Positions 41,332 through 52,374 are shown, counted from the stretch's first letter. The stretch is 64,000 nt of DNA from Thermoanaerobaculia bacterium (GCA_963816185.1 CAWFJJ010000006.1:23588-87587), one strand, 5' to 3'. Numbers and translations are program-made. The notes: generated by a model not told the origin, from the sequence alone.

Positions 41332-41413
41332 TACCCGAGCCCGAAGTTGAAGCGACGTGTTTGCATGCAGGCGAGCGCAATCTTTGTAAACGTTTGTGGA
41401 AAGGAAAACCCCC

Positions 41414-41617
41414 ATGAAAAAGCAGGAAGTTCGCGGAAAAGTGAAGAAGGTCAAGGGGAAGGCTAAGGAGACCGTCGGGATCCTCACCGGCAACAAGAAG
41501 ATGGAAGGTGAGGGGTCCCTTCAGCGCGCCGCGGGCGCGGTCCAGGAGGGGTTCGGCAGGGCTGGCCGCATGGTCGGCGATGCCGTGACCAGTCTCGGCA
41601 ACGTTTTCAAGAAGTAG
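41414..41617 (+). CDS. CsbD family protein
   Basis: GKVKKVKGKAKETVG.LTGN..MEGEG..AG.VQE..G. Confidence 0.88.
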   Translation: MKKQEVRGKVKKVKGKAKETVGILTGNKKMEGEGSLQRAAGAVQEGFGRAGRMVGDAVTSLGNVFKK

Positions 41618-41791
41618 CGGACTACGACAGGCGAAAGCCCGAGTCTCGCCAAGGCCGTCACGCCGTTCCTCGACACCCCAATGCCGGGAGGCAGGTGAGG
41701 CGGACAGATTGAACGGACCGCGCTGATCTGAATGCATCAGAGCACTACGCGATGCCTCGGCCTAACCTGGAAACCTTACGCCGGGTAGCCG

Positions 41792-43618
41792 ATGAGTACG
41801 ACGACTCCGTCCCTGAACTTGAAAAGACTTCGGGTAATCGCCTTATTTGCCGCCTTTCTCCTTCCAGCCCCGTTCGCCTTTGGCGGGCTGCCCCTCGGTA
41901 CGATGGCCTTTACGGTGTCGATCGAGCGACCCACGACGCATTACGTCCACGTCGAGTTCCGATGCGACGCCGTTGCGGGCGAAATCCTCGATTTCAAGCT
42001 TCCTGCCTGGACGCCCGGCTACTACATGATCATGGACTACGCCAAGAACGTGCTTGGTTTCCGGGCGCGAGACGGCGCTGGACGGCCCCTCGAGTGGGAG
42101 AAGATCTCGAAGAACACCTGGAGGGTGAGGGCCGAAGGCACGAAGACAGTCGTCGTCGACTACGACATCTACGCGTTTGCGCGATCCGTTGTCGAAAGCT
42201 CCATCGACGACGGCCAGGCTTTCATCTCCCCCGCGAGCCTCTTCATGTACGTCTCCGGCCGGATCGGGCGTCCGGTGACCGTCACGCTCGCCGTGCCCCC
42301 GCAGTGGCAACGCATTTCGACGGGCCTCGCGCCGGTGGAAGGGCGGCCGCGCACCTTCGTCGCACCCGACTTCGACGTCTTCTATGACTCGCCCATTCTG
42401 GTCGGCAACCAGGAGGTACTTCCCTTCGAGGTTCGGGGCATCCCTCACGAGTTCGTTGGCCGGGACCTGGGGACCCTCAACCGGCCCCGCTTCGTAACAG
42501 ATCTCAAGGCCATGGTCGAGTCGGCGGCGAGCCTTTTCGGGGAGCTCCCGTATGCGCACTACGTCTTCATGGCGATCGGCCCGGGCGGCGGCGGTCTCGA
42601 GCACCTCAACTCACAGGCCATCACCTTCAGTAGTGACCGGCTGAACGATCCCGCCGAGTACAAGAAGGTGATGAGCTTCATCTCCCACGAGTACTTCCAC
42701 CACTTCAACGTCAAGCGGATCAGACCCCTCGCCCTCGGTCCCTTTGATTACGACCGGGAGAACTACACCGACATGCTCTGGGTCTCCGAGGGCTTCACGG
42801 TCTACTACGAGGACCAGATCCTCCTCCGCAGCGGGTTCTATTCGCCGGAGGAGTATCTCGAGCGACTGCGCACCGTCCTCGCGCGCCTCGAGAACGACAC
42901 CGGACACCGGTACACATCCGTGGCCGAGTCGAGTCTCAACGTGTGGAGCGGATACTTCGGCCACAACGAGCATCAGACGAACACAGGTGTCTCGTTCTAC
43001 GACAAAGGCTGCTCACTCGCGGCGCTTCTCGACCTCGCGATCAGGCATGGAACGAAGAACGAGAAGTCGCTTGACGACGTGATGAGGATGCTCTACCGAA
43101 CCTTCTACAAGGAGAAGAAGCGGGGGTTCACGGACGGAGAGTTCCGGGAGGTCTGCGAGCGGGTCGCCGGAGCGCCTCTTCCCGAGATCTTCGACGTCTA
43201 CGTCAAGACGCCGGCCGACATCGACTATGCCCGGTACTTCGCGCAGGCCGGCCTCGAGATCGACGTCCAACCACGGGAACAGCCCGGCGCTGCCCTAGGG
43301 GCCGGAACGGAGGAACGGGATCACGCACTCGTCATCACACGGATCGAGCCGGATTCTCCAGCCAGCCGCGCCGGCCTCAGCAAGGAGGACGAAATACTTG
43401 CCCTCGACGGCGCTCGCGTGGACGGGCGGAAGCTGGCCGATCTTCTCAAGACGAGCAAGCCTGGCGAGACGGTCCGGATCCTCCTCGCCCGGCGCGGCCG
43501 GACCCGCGAGCTCGCCGTCGTTCTCGGAGCGAGGACGGAGCGTACCTTCCGCATCACCCCGATGAAGAACCCGGACCCCCTTCAGGCGGCCATCCGGAAG
43601 GGTTGGTTGAACGAATGA
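41792..43618 (+). CDS. M61 glycyl aminopeptidase with PDZ domain
   Basis: PAWTPGYY, GGGLEH, SHEYFHHFNVKRIRP, LWVSEGFT.YY, YDKG; PDZ SPA.RAGL..EDEILALDG. Confidence 0.9.
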   Translation: MSTTTPSLNLKRLRVIALFAAFLLPAPFAFGGLPLGTMAFTVSIERPTTHYVHVEFRCDAVAGEILDFKLPAWTPGYYMIMDYAKNVLGFRARDGAGRPLEWEKISKNTWRVRAEGTKTVVVDYDIYAFARSVVESSIDDGQAFISPASLFMYVSGRIGRPVTVTLAVPPQWQRISTGLAPVEGRPRTFVAPDFDVFYDSPILVGNQEVLPFEVRGIPHEFVGRDLGTLNRPRFVTDLKAMVESAASLFGELPYAHYVFMAIGPGGGGLEHLNSQAITFSSDRLNDPAEYKKVMSFISHEYFHHFNVKRIRPLALGPFDYDRENYTDMLWVSEGFTVYYEDQILLRSGFYSPEEYLERLRTVLARLENDTGHRYTSVAESSLNVWSGYFGHNEHQTNTGVSFYDKGCSLAALLDLAIRHGTKNEKSLDDVMRMLYRTFYKEKKRGFTDGEFREVCERVAGAPLPEIFDVYVKTPADIDYARYFAQAGLEIDVQPREQPGAALGAGTEERDHALVITRIEPDSPASRAGLSKEDEILALDGARVDGRKLADLLKTSKPGETVRILLARRGRTRELAVVLGARTERTFRITPMKNPDPLQAAIRKGWLNE

Positions 43619-43642
43619 CCTGGACGGGCATTCTGTCTGGCT

Positions 43643-43860
43643 AACTGCATGTACTGCCACGCCTCGATCATGCCGCTCTACCGGAAGCTCGGGAGCGACG
43701 TGGCCGCGCAGGCGAGCGAAGCCGAGCAGTTCCAGAAAGGCCTCGCGGCGGTCGGCCAGCTCGGCTACTGGGACGCCCACAAGCAGCTCGAGCAACTTAC
43801 CGGCGGCAAGGCCCACCCGGTTTCCTGCGTCGACTGCCACGATCCGACGTCGATGGAAGC
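43643..43860 (+). pseudogene. nrfA: Internal fragment of ammonia-forming cytochrome c nitrite reductase
   Basis: CMYCHASIMPLYRKLG ... HPVSCVDCHDP (two CxxCH); no N- or C-terminus. Confidence 0.7.
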
Positions 43861-43897
43861 TCAGGCACGGGACGCGCTGTCTGGTTCCCGGCGCGCC

Positions 43898-44665
43898 CTA
43901 TCCCTTGACGAAGTAGACGATTGAGATCGCGACACCGAAGGTGACCACGATCCACCGGAGCGTCGACGGCTTGACCTTGCCAGCCAGGTTGCCGCCGATC
44001 ACGCCCCCGAGCAGGGCGCCGACGGCCATCACGACGGCCATCGACCAGACGACCTCGCCCGAGAAGAGAAAGAAGAGGGCGGCCGCCACGTTGACGGCGA
44101 ACGCCACTGCCTGTTTCAGCGCGTTCAGGCGGGTCATCGACTCGTGCATGGTCAGGCCGAGCGCCGAAAGGACGATCACACTCAGCCCGGCGCCGAAATA
44201 GCCACCGTAGACCGAGGCCGCCCCGACCGGGAGCCACGTCCACCTCTCGATCGCGCTGCCGGACGGGTCGGCGCCCGCCCGGCGCGTCAGCCAACCGCGC
44301 ACGGGATCCTGGATGGCGAGGAGGCCGGACGCGAGGAGGATTAGGTACGGAACGAGGATCCGGAACAGCTTCTCCTCCGTGTGCAGCAGGAGGAACCCGC
44401 CGAGGACGCCGCCGACGGCCCCCGCGGGGACGATGAGCCAGAGTCGCCTCTTTTGCCCGCGGAGGTCGCCACGCTGCGCCAGCGTCCCTCCGAGGTATCC
44501 GGGGCAGAGCGCCACCGTGTTGGTCACGTTCGACGCCAGGGCCGGGACGCCGAGGGCCACCAGCATCGGGAACGTGATGAGGGTGCCGCCGCCGGCGAGG
44601 GCGTTGACCGCCCCGGCCCCCACCGCAGCGAGGCCGGCCAGAAGGAAGTGGATGAGGGTGAACAT
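43898..44665 (-). CDS. Sulfite exporter TauE/SafE family protein
   Basis: [30 protein letters not shown]. Confidence 0.88.
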   Translation of the reverse strand: MFTLIHFLLAGLAAVGAGAVNALAGGGTLITFPMLVALGVPALASNVTNTVALCPGYLGGTLAQRGDLRGQKRRLWLIVPAGAVGGVLGGFLLLHTEEKLFRILVPYLILLASGLLAIQDPVRGWLTRRAGADPSGSAIERWTWLPVGAASVYGGYFGAGLSVIVLSALGLTMHESMTRLNALKQAVAFAVNVAAALFFLFSGEVVWSMAVVMAVGALLGGVIGGNLAGKVKPSTLRWIVVTFGVAISIVYFVKG

Positions 44666-44934
44666 CGCCGCGTCCTTTTCTCCCGCGGCGGTCCGGAAAA
44701 GTCGCCCGGGAAGGAGAGAAGTCTCCCACGGGCGGGCTCCCGGCCGGTCTCGACGCGCGTGGCGACTCGAGCACGAGCCATCGAGTTCCGTAAGAACGTG
44801 TAGAGAGAGTTAGGCTTCGGAGCGGTATATGTCGCTAATTCGATTGAATCGGCGTGAGTTCACGCGCCACCGCAATTGCGCAACAATGGTCGAACCAGCG
44901 GCGGGGATTTCGAAGAGAGATTCGGAGGCACTTC

Positions 44935-45786
44935 ATGGCCCAGCTCAACTTCCAGAAGTTTGCCGTTAACGACCGCATTCGCCGCGCTGCCGACAACGCA
45001 CCCTCGATGAAGCCCGGCGAATCGGATCGAGACGCCGTCAAGATCCTTCAGGATGCCCTCATTCAGGCGGGGTTCGCGATTCGGGACGGCGCAACGGGTT
45101 TCTACGGTCCGCAGACCGTCGCCGCCGTGCAGGCCGTGGAGCGCAAGTACGGCCTCGATACCGACTCGGGCATTGCAGGCCATCAGGTGATCGCCAGGCT
45201 GGACGCACTGCTCGCGGGTACGCCGGTCCCCGTCGCTCGCCCGGCTCTTTTGCAATTGCTGCTCCAGCACACGAACACCCTCGGCGGCTTCACGCATCGT
45301 TCGTACTTCCTGAAGGCCGCGGCCCTGCTCAAGGATTTCGGGCTCGGCCTAGACGTCTCGAATCACTTCCTCCCGGAGATCGAGTTTCCGGGGATGTACG
45401 TCGATGCCTCGAACCGGCCCGATATCGCGAAGGTGCGTGAGCTGGCGGAGAAGCACACACCGGGCATGAGGCCCCTCCTCCGCGTCATCTTTTGCCGCTT
45501 CCCCGCTTTCGGGCAGAGCGGACAGAAGTTTTTCGGAACCACCGAGGGCGGCCGTCGCCCCCTCGAGGGCGGAGCTGTTTTTCCCGACTTCATCCTGATC
45601 AACGTCGAGAAGCGGAGGCCGGACGACAGCACACTCATCCACGAGATGATCCATGCGACTGGCCTCGACGATCACGACCCCGATCCCGCGAGCGTGTTCG
45701 CCGACGGGGCGATCCGTACAGGGTCGGTCCTCAAGTCCGAGTACGCCGAAAGGCTCCGCCGCGCATTCTTTGCACGCTTGGCCTGA
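44935..45786 (+). CDS. Peptidoglycan-binding domain + HExxH zinc metallopeptidase-like protein
   Basis: AVKILQDALI..G..G.YGPQT.AAV PG-binding motif; LIHEMIHATGL.DH. Confidence 0.7.
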   Translation: MAQLNFQKFAVNDRIRRAADNAPSMKPGESDRDAVKILQDALIQAGFAIRDGATGFYGPQTVAAVQAVERKYGLDTDSGIAGHQVIARLDALLAGTPVPVARPALLQLLLQHTNTLGGFTHRSYFLKAAALLKDFGLGLDVSNHFLPEIEFPGMYVDASNRPDIAKVRELAEKHTPGMRPLLRVIFCRFPAFGQSGQKFFGTTEGGRRPLEGGAVFPDFILINVEKRRPDDSTLIHEMIHATGLDDHDPDPASVFADGAIRTGSVLKSEYAERLRRAFFARLA

Positions 45787-46096
45787 ACTGTCTCGCGGTC
45801 GCCCCTTCGATAAGCGCGCCGGAAGGAATGCCTCTCCGATGCTTTGAGCTATTTACGTGGCTCGCCGTGACGGCGGGGGCGACTGTGGTACCTCGACAGC
45901 CACCCGCAACATGCTGTGTCGGCGAGGATTGGAGCGATCCGAGGGATCCCAATATCCACGGCTCCGCCACAAGAACGAAAGACGTTGGAACTCTCGGGCT
46001 CCGGTTCTCGTATCAGCCTCCATGTTTGTCTCTTCTCGCGTGGAATAGTCCCTCTCACGGTCTGTTCTGCCCTTAGCCGCAGGAGGCTCGAACCAC

Positions 46097-46765
46097 ATGA
46101 CTCGCACGACGAACGCTAGAATCGCCGGCTTCACGTTCCTCTTCTACATCGCAGCCGGCGTCGCCAGTTTGGTCTTGTTCGGCCGGGCGACCAGCGGAGA
46201 GGGGATCGCCGCGAAGCTCGCGGGCATCGCCCAGCACGCGTCAGACGTGCGCATCACCGTCGTGCTCGCGCTGCTCCAGGGCCTCTCGGCCTTGGTGCTG
46301 GCCGTGACGCTCTATGCGATCACGCGCGAGCAGGATCGCGATCTCGCAATGCTGGGCATGACCTGTCGCGTTGCCGAAGGCATCACAGGGATCTTCGTCG
46401 CAAGGACGCTGGGACTGCTCTGGCTCGCGACGGCCCACGGACCCGATGCAGGGGACGCCGGGGCCGCGCACGTGCTCGGCGCGTTCCTTCTCAGGATGGG
46501 AGCGTGGAACCCCGGCGCGAGCCTCTTCGCCGTGGGCAGCATGCTCTTCTCCTGGCTTTTCCTTCGCGGCCGGATGATCCCCGTGGCGCTGGCCTGGCTC
46601 GGCGTGCTTGCGTCTGTAGTGCTCGTCGCGATCCTTCCCCTGCAGCTCGCGGGACTGGTTGGCGGCCAGGCCACCTCGTTCATGTGGTTACCAATGTTGG
46701 TGTACGAAGTGGCGCTCGCACTGTGGCTGCTCACCAAGGGAGTACCCGCTCCGAGCATCGCATGA
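46097..46765 (+). CDS. DUF4386 family membrane protein
   Basis: NARIAG..FLFYI, GRMIP..LAWLG, E..LALWLL.KG. Confidence 0.8.
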   Translation: MTRTTNARIAGFTFLFYIAAGVASLVLFGRATSGEGIAAKLAGIAQHASDVRITVVLALLQGLSALVLAVTLYAITREQDRDLAMLGMTCRVAEGITGIFVARTLGLLWLATAHGPDAGDAGAAHVLGAFLLRMGAWNPGASLFAVGSMLFSWLFLRGRMIPVALAWLGVLASVVLVAILPLQLAGLVGGQATSFMWLPMLVYEVALALWLLTKGVPAPSIA

Positions 46766-47096
46766 CCACCACGTTGTGTGGCTACCTCGAGAAGAGGACG
46801 CGAGCGAAATGACGCCGACGCACGAGGAGTTGAAGAGGGCCCGAGACGCGGCGGTACATCTCGAACTTTCGCGGAATCGGACGCCTGGGAGGTTCTTGGA
46901 TCGACGGCAGATGGCGGTCACGACCCGATGCAACGATAGACGCGCTTGAATTCAACGCACAGCTGGCGGACTCCAATGACGCGTCCAAATCAGAATCCGA
47001 CCTGCGTTTTGTTCTCTGCACACGGTCCGATAACGGGTCATTTGTCAGACCGACGGGAACACGTCAGGCCGCATCTACACGACGGTGAGAGCTGGC

Positions 47097-49782
47097 TCAC
47101 TCCGCCGGCCGGAACCCCGTGATGAGGACCGCGTCGCGCGAGAGGTCCCCGCGCGAGATCAGCCAACCCTTGCCGTCGGAAAGGGGCGCGAATGCGAAAA
47201 CGGTGTGCTCGTCGAAGTTCGTGAGGCGCCGCGGAGCAGACTTGTCGAGGGGTACGAGCCAGAGGTTCGCGCGGTCCCCCGGCGCCGTGTTCACGATGAG
47301 GGCCTTCCCGTCGCGCGACCAGCGCACCTTCGAGTAGGTCGTGAAATCGAAATCCGCGACCCGCGTGACGGGTCCCCCGGAGGCGGGCATTGTCACGAGG
47401 TAGGATCGGGACGTCTTCGGGTCTTCCACTCGTCCGGCGAGGAGTGAGCCGTCCGGCGAGAACGTCGCGAGCGTGAAAAATTCGTTCGTGAGACGCGTGA
47501 CGGGCCCGCCGTCGATCGAGACGCGGGCGAGCGAGGGCGCGGTGGGCCGGGACGACTCCGACCGTTCCGCGAAGAGATTCTCGAACACGACGGACTTGCC
47601 GTCGGGCGAAACGTCGATTTCCGTGCCGCCGACGGACGTGGTCGCGAGCACACGGCGGCCGGAGCCGTCGGCTTTCATCCGGCAGATCTCGCTGCCTTTC
47701 GACGTCAGCGCGTTGTAGACAATCGTCCCGTCCGGCGCGACGACCGGCCACCGGTTCACGTGCTCGTCCCGCGTCAGAAGCGTGCGCGAGCCGGCGCTCT
47801 CGTCCATCGCAAAAATGTCGAACTTCCCCGTCTCGAAGGACGTGAGGACGATGCGCCCGTCCGGGAGTGAGGCGAGGCCGAACATGCCCTCGCGCTTCGA
47901 CGCGCTGATCCGCTTCGGGGGCGCGCCGTCGCGGCAGATCCAGATATCGGCCACGACGTCTGACGCAACCGTCACGAGCGACCTGCCGTCCGCCGACAGG
48001 CTCGCGATGCGGTAGTCGAAGAGGTCCTGCGTCACGGGCCGCGCCTCGCCCGAAGGGTACGGCACGTACCATACCTGCCCACGCCGCGACTCCCCGAGGC
48101 AAATCGCGGCGAGCCCCTTCTGATCCGGCAGCCACGCGACCTGCTGCACCGCAACCCAGCCCGGATCCGCGATCGTGCGGATCGCTCCGCTTCCGACTTC
48201 GATCCCGACGATTCGTCCCTTCCGGTTCACGCGGTCGACGACGGACGCGGCCACGAGCTGTCCGTCGGGCGACCAGGACGGACCGGCGAAGAAGATCGGT
48301 GCGAAGTACTCGGGCGCCCCGACCGTCGCGAGAGGACGGACGTCTGACCCGTCGGCATTCGCGACCATCACGGCGCTGCGGTCCGAGGTCGGGAACTTCG
48401 CTCGCACGAAGACGATTCGCTTTCCGTCGGGAGAGAACGCGGGCGGCGAGTCGATCTCCTCAACGATCTTCCGCGCCGCGCCTCCGAGCGTGGAGATCTG
48501 GAAGATCGCGCCCGCCGGGTACATCGCGTCCTTGACTCCGTAGAAGAGGGATGCGCCGTCGGGCGCGAACGTGTGTCCCCAGTAGCCGACGCGGTGCGGC
48601 GGGATCAGCGTCAGCGTCTGCCCCGACCCGATCTGCCGGACGCCGAGGCTGTGTTCGCCCTGGTCCGACACGACGTACGCGAGGAGCTTCGCGTCGGGAG
48701 AGAGCGACGCCGAGATGACCTTGCCGTTTGCCGTGAGCCGCGTGATGCGCATCGAGTCGTTGGCCCGTCCGGCGATCTTCGGGGCGCGTGCGCGCACCAG
48801 GACGAACGTCCCCGCTGCGCCGAGGAGCAGGGCCGCCGCGACGGCGAGGGGGAGGGTCCGGGGAGCTTGCGAAGGAGCGGCGGCGCCGGGCACCGAGATC
48901 CCGCTGGGGTTCGAATCGACCTCACGCAGGAGATCGCGCAGGTCGATCGCAAAGTCCTTCGCCGTCTGGTACCGGTCGTCCGGGTCCTTCGCGAGCGCCT
49001 TGCGGAGGATCCGCGAGAGGTCCGGCGGAAGGTCGGGTTTGGTCGTCCGGACCGGCTCCGGCTCGCTGTAGATGATCTTGTGCAGCGTGTCGACCGCGGA
49101 ATCGCCGCGGAACGCCCGCCGGCCGCTCGAGATCTCGTAAAGCAGGCATCCGAGCGAGAAGATATCCGCCCGGTGGTCGACCGGGCGTCCCTGCGCCTGC
49201 TCCGGCGCCATGTATCCGGCCGTGCCCATGACGGTGCCCGGCTCGCTCAGCTTTGCGATCGTCTCCGTGGCGCCCTCCGGCGTGGCCTCCCGCGCGGAGC
49301 TTCGCGAGCCCGAAGTCGAGGATCTTCGCGTAGCCCGCGGAGTTGACCATCACGTTCTCGGGCTTGAGATCCCGGTGCACGATCCCGAGCGCGTGGGCCG
49401 CGGACAGCCCTTCTGCCACCTGCGCGGCGATCTTCAGGCCCTTGCGGAGGTCGAGGGAGCCGCCGTCGAGAAGGGCGCGGAGCGTCACGCCGTCGACCAG
49501 CTCCATCGCGATGTAATGCACCGGCTCCCCGCCGTCGGCGGGGCGCTCCTCACCGATGTCGTAGACGGTGACGACGTGCGGGTGACTGAGATTCGAGGCC
49601 GCGCGGGCCTCCTTCACGAAGCGATCAACGCGCGACGAGTCGCGAACGATCTCGGCCGGCAGAATTTTGAGCGCGACGCTGCGCTCGAGGGTCGAGTCCC
49701 AGGCCTTGTAGACCTTTCCCATCCCGCCCTCTCCCAGCAGCGAGACGAGGCGGTAGCGACCGAGAACCTGCGGATCCGGCAT
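47097..49782 (-). CDS. Ser/Thr protein kinase with TolB/PD40 propeller; frameshift near 49290
   Basis: N-lobe to DFGLAKL in the 48922-49782 frame; GTAGYMAPEQ onward in the 47097-49229 frame. Confidence 0.88.
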
Positions 49783-49943
49783 GCGGTGCCGGCAATGATA
49801 CGCAACGAATCCTGATCCCGGGGGCGTCTTTCTATCCTAGAAGCTGATCCGCCTCGTCGTCGCGCGGGCCTCGGCCGATTCAGCACCTTATGCCGGCGCG
49901 CGCCCTTCGCCATGCGAAAGGATTATCAGAGGCAGCCCCAACT

Positions 49944-50084
49944 TCAATAACCCTTGGGCTTGAACGCATCCCATCCTGGGCCTCCGCGAACCATCCCGCC
50001 CTTGCCGGGCTTGACGGCGAGGTCCTTCGTCGCCTTGGTGGCCCGGGGCTTGGAGGCCGTCTTCTTCTTCGTGGTCTTCTTCAT
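49944..50084 (-). CDS. 46-aa Lys-rich peptide with double-glycine-type leader (candidate RiPP/signal precursor)
   Basis: AGAGGAG RBS; MKKTTKKKTASKPRATKATKDLAVKPGKGGMVRGG|PGWDAFKPKGY*; below the ORF-track size cutoff. Confidence 0.75.
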   Translation of the reverse strand: MKKTTKKKTASKPRATKATKDLAVKPGKGGMVRGGPGWDAFKPKGY

Positions 50085-50192
50085 GTACTTTCTCCTCTCT
50101 TCCTGTTTCGGCCGTTACCCGGCTTCTGCCTTCGTTCGACCGAAACCTCCTCGGTCCATAAAGGCGGAAACGGGAAAGAAGAGCTGTCAACC

Positions 50193-50306
50193 TTGACTCG
50201 CCTTCTGCTGGCCTGGCGGCAGGGGAACCGGGAAGCCCTGAAGAGCGCGAGGCCGAAGTTCATGACCCGGGCCCACGCCATCGCACGGGGACGCGTCGGC
50301 AGGTGA
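50193..50306 (+). pseudogene. Relic N-terminus of ECF sigma factor (TIGR02999-like)
   Basis: LTRLLLAWRQGNREAL....P......HAIAR matches the spacing of VTxLLxAWxxGDxxAL..L.P.VY.EL..IAR. Confidence 0.6.
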
Positions 50307-51257
50307 CTAGCGCCGACGGCGGCTGAACGCCCGGGGCACGGACGAATCAGCGCGAACCAGATCACCCAGCTCCGTGGCGTCAACCAGAGCCGCGAAGTGA
50401 CCGCGCAGCGCCCTCCACTGCCGGCGCGCGTCGGCGTCCGGAGCGCCCGTTTGGAAGAGCGGCCACGCCGGGGCTCGCCATTCGGTCTGTGCCGTCAGCC
50501 GATTGCCAATGTAGGTCCCGACGATCTCGGCCCAGCTGGGTACACGGAACCCGAACGTCAGCGAGATAGACGCCTCCTGGGCGTCCGTGCTGTGCCAGTA
50601 CCCGCGCGGGAGGAACAACACCGAGCCCGGTTTGAGCGTGACCGTTCTTCCGGCCGTCATGCGCCTGGGCGCCGGCGCGGTCGCGTACCGCCGGACTTCG
50701 TCCGTCAGGGCCACCCCGCTGTTCGCAACGGGATTCACGACGGTGTGATTCTCCGCAATTCGCCACCGCTTCCTTCCCGCCAGCTGCACGACGATGATCT
50801 CGTGGTCGTCGAAATGCATCCGGACACCTCTTCCGCGCGGCGTCATATAGAGGTTGCAGTTCGCACGATCAGCCGGAACCGAAAGCTCCCGAGCCAGCCG
50901 GTCGCTCCACAGCCCCACCACCGCGTGCCATCGGTGCACCGCGTTGCACGCAATCGTGGCGCCCGAGTCGTAAAGCGCCCGTGCGCTCGATGCGTCGGCA
51001 GCGATTTCGTTTGACTCGTTGTGGGCAGCCGGAAACATGGCCTTCATCTCGACATGCGAGCGAAGGGCGAGCGTCATGACCGCATCAATCTGCCCGATGT
51101 CCGTTAGGCGGCTCAGTCGGGCGGGCGCGCCGTGACCCCAAGTCGGACGGGCCGGCCAGTGGCGATTCAGGAATTCGGTGCGGGTCAGATTCGGGAAGAG
51201 AGCCGACAGTCCCGGTCGCTGGAGGCGCATCGGTGGACATCTTACGATCATCGGCAT
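50307..51257 (-). CDS. JmjC/cupin 2OG-Fe(II) oxygenase (ROXA/YcfD-like)
   Basis: EFL..HW..RP, NLYMTP, HFD, Q..GRKRW, LKPGSVLFLPRGYWH (HxD..H triad). Confidence 0.88.
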   Translation of the reverse strand: MPMIVRCPPMRLQRPGLSALFPNLTRTEFLNRHWPARPTWGHGAPARLSRLTDIGQIDAVMTLALRSHVEMKAMFPAAHNESNEIAADASSARALYDSGATIACNAVHRWHAVVGLWSDRLARELSVPADRANCNLYMTPRGRGVRMHFDDHEIIVVQLAGRKRWRIAENHTVVNPVANSGVALTDEVRRYATAPAPRRMTAGRTVTLKPGSVLFLPRGYWHSTDAQEASISLTFGFRVPSWAEIVGTYIGNRLTAQTEWRAPAWPLFQTGAPDADARRQWRALRGHFAALVDATELGDLVRADSSVPRAFSRRRR

Positions 51258-51300
51258 AGCGCATGCGTCGGGCTAGTGCTGAGAGGCGCAATCGATTTCG

Positions 51301-51630
51301 ATGCGTAGTACTGAGAGGCGTTGGAATCACTACGTATCGTCCTTCTTCGGCGGTGCCTTTCTCGCTAACGCCGTTCCACACGTCGTCAGCGGAATTACCG
51401 GGCACCCATTTCAAAGCCCGTTTGCTTCCCCTCCTGGCGAAGGCTTATCTTCTTCGATGGTGAACGTGCTCTGGGGAGCATTCAACGCAACACTCGGCTA
51501 TCTGCTTGTATGCCGTGTCGGAACTTTTGAGCTGCGAAGCACGGGACATGTTGTCGTTACTGGATTGGGAGCGCTACTTATGGCGATGATGCTGGCCCGT
51601 GCATTCGGGCGATTTCATAAGGGGGTGTAG
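51301..51630 (+). CDS. Small hypothetical membrane protein
   Basis: FFGGAFLANAVPH..G..FQSPFASPPG.GLSS..NVLWG; lower GC than flanks. Confidence 0.7.
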   Translation: MRSTERRWNHYVSSFFGGAFLANAVPHVVSGITGHPFQSPFASPPGEGLSSSMVNVLWGAFNATLGYLLVCRVGTFELRSTGHVVVTGLGALLMAMMLARAFGRFHKGV

Positions 51631-51684
51631 CGGCACAATGGCAATTGTTCTATGGGAGCGAATGCGATGGACAGAGGCCCGGAC

Positions 51685-52230
51685 ATGAGCGTACTGCACA
51701 CCAATCCGCGCCAATTCGCGCGGATCGCTGGAGCCTTCTACCTGTTGGTCTTCGTCTTCGGGATTGCCGCGCTTGAAACTTCGGGCGACACGCGCTTCGC
51801 CGCTAACCTCCTCGCCGCCGCCGTCTATTACGTGGTCACGGTGATGCTGTACCACCTCTACAAGCCGGTGAGCCGGACGGGATCGCTCGTGACGGCACTG
51901 TTCAGCTTCGCCGCGCTCACCATCGGAGTGCTCAGCGATTTCGGTGTCGTGCGGTTCCCCGTCAACACGCTCGTTCTGTTTGGCGCGTACTGCACCGGCC
52001 TGGGCTGGCTCACCCTGGAGGCCACCTTTCTGCCCAGGGCGATCGGTGTGTTGTTGATCGTAGCGGGACTAGGCTGGCTCACATACGTCCACCCGCCACT
52101 CGCGAAACGGCTCGGCGCGTGGGCGATGGCGCCGGGGATGGTTGGCGAAGGGGCGCTCACGTTCTGGCTGTTGGCCGCAGGCGTCGATCCCGAGCGGTGG
52201 CATGCTCAGTCGACTCAAGATAAGGCCTGA
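51685..52230 (+). CDS. DUF4386 family membrane protein
   Basis: ARIAGAFYL, FLPRAIGVL, GEGAL..WLL..GV..RW. Confidence 0.75.
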   Translation: MSVLHTNPRQFARIAGAFYLLVFVFGIAALETSGDTRFAANLLAAAVYYVVTVMLYHLYKPVSRTGSLVTALFSFAALTIGVLSDFGVVRFPVNTLVLFGAYCTGLGWLTLEATFLPRAIGVLLIVAGLGWLTYVHPPLAKRLGAWAMAPGMVGEGALTFWLLAAGVDPERWHAQSTQDKA

Positions 52231-52281
52231 CGGAATGACGGCGGCGAAGCCGAACAGGGGCCAGGCCATCTCCCCAGGGAC

Positions 52282-52342
52282 GCATAACAAACAGTATGCA
52301 GCGGACGGCGCTGCGCGCCGCCGCTGATGCTGAGCGTTGGGC
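52282..52342 (+). other. Integron attC site
   Basis: GCATAAC ... GTTGGGC ends; imperfect palindrome CAGTAT-G-CAGCGG-A-CGGCGC / GCGCCG-CCGCTG-ATGCTG with two extrahelical bases; 61 bp. Confidence 0.8.
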
Positions 52343-52374
52343 GGATTCTCTGAGGTTCACATGCGGAGTCATCG

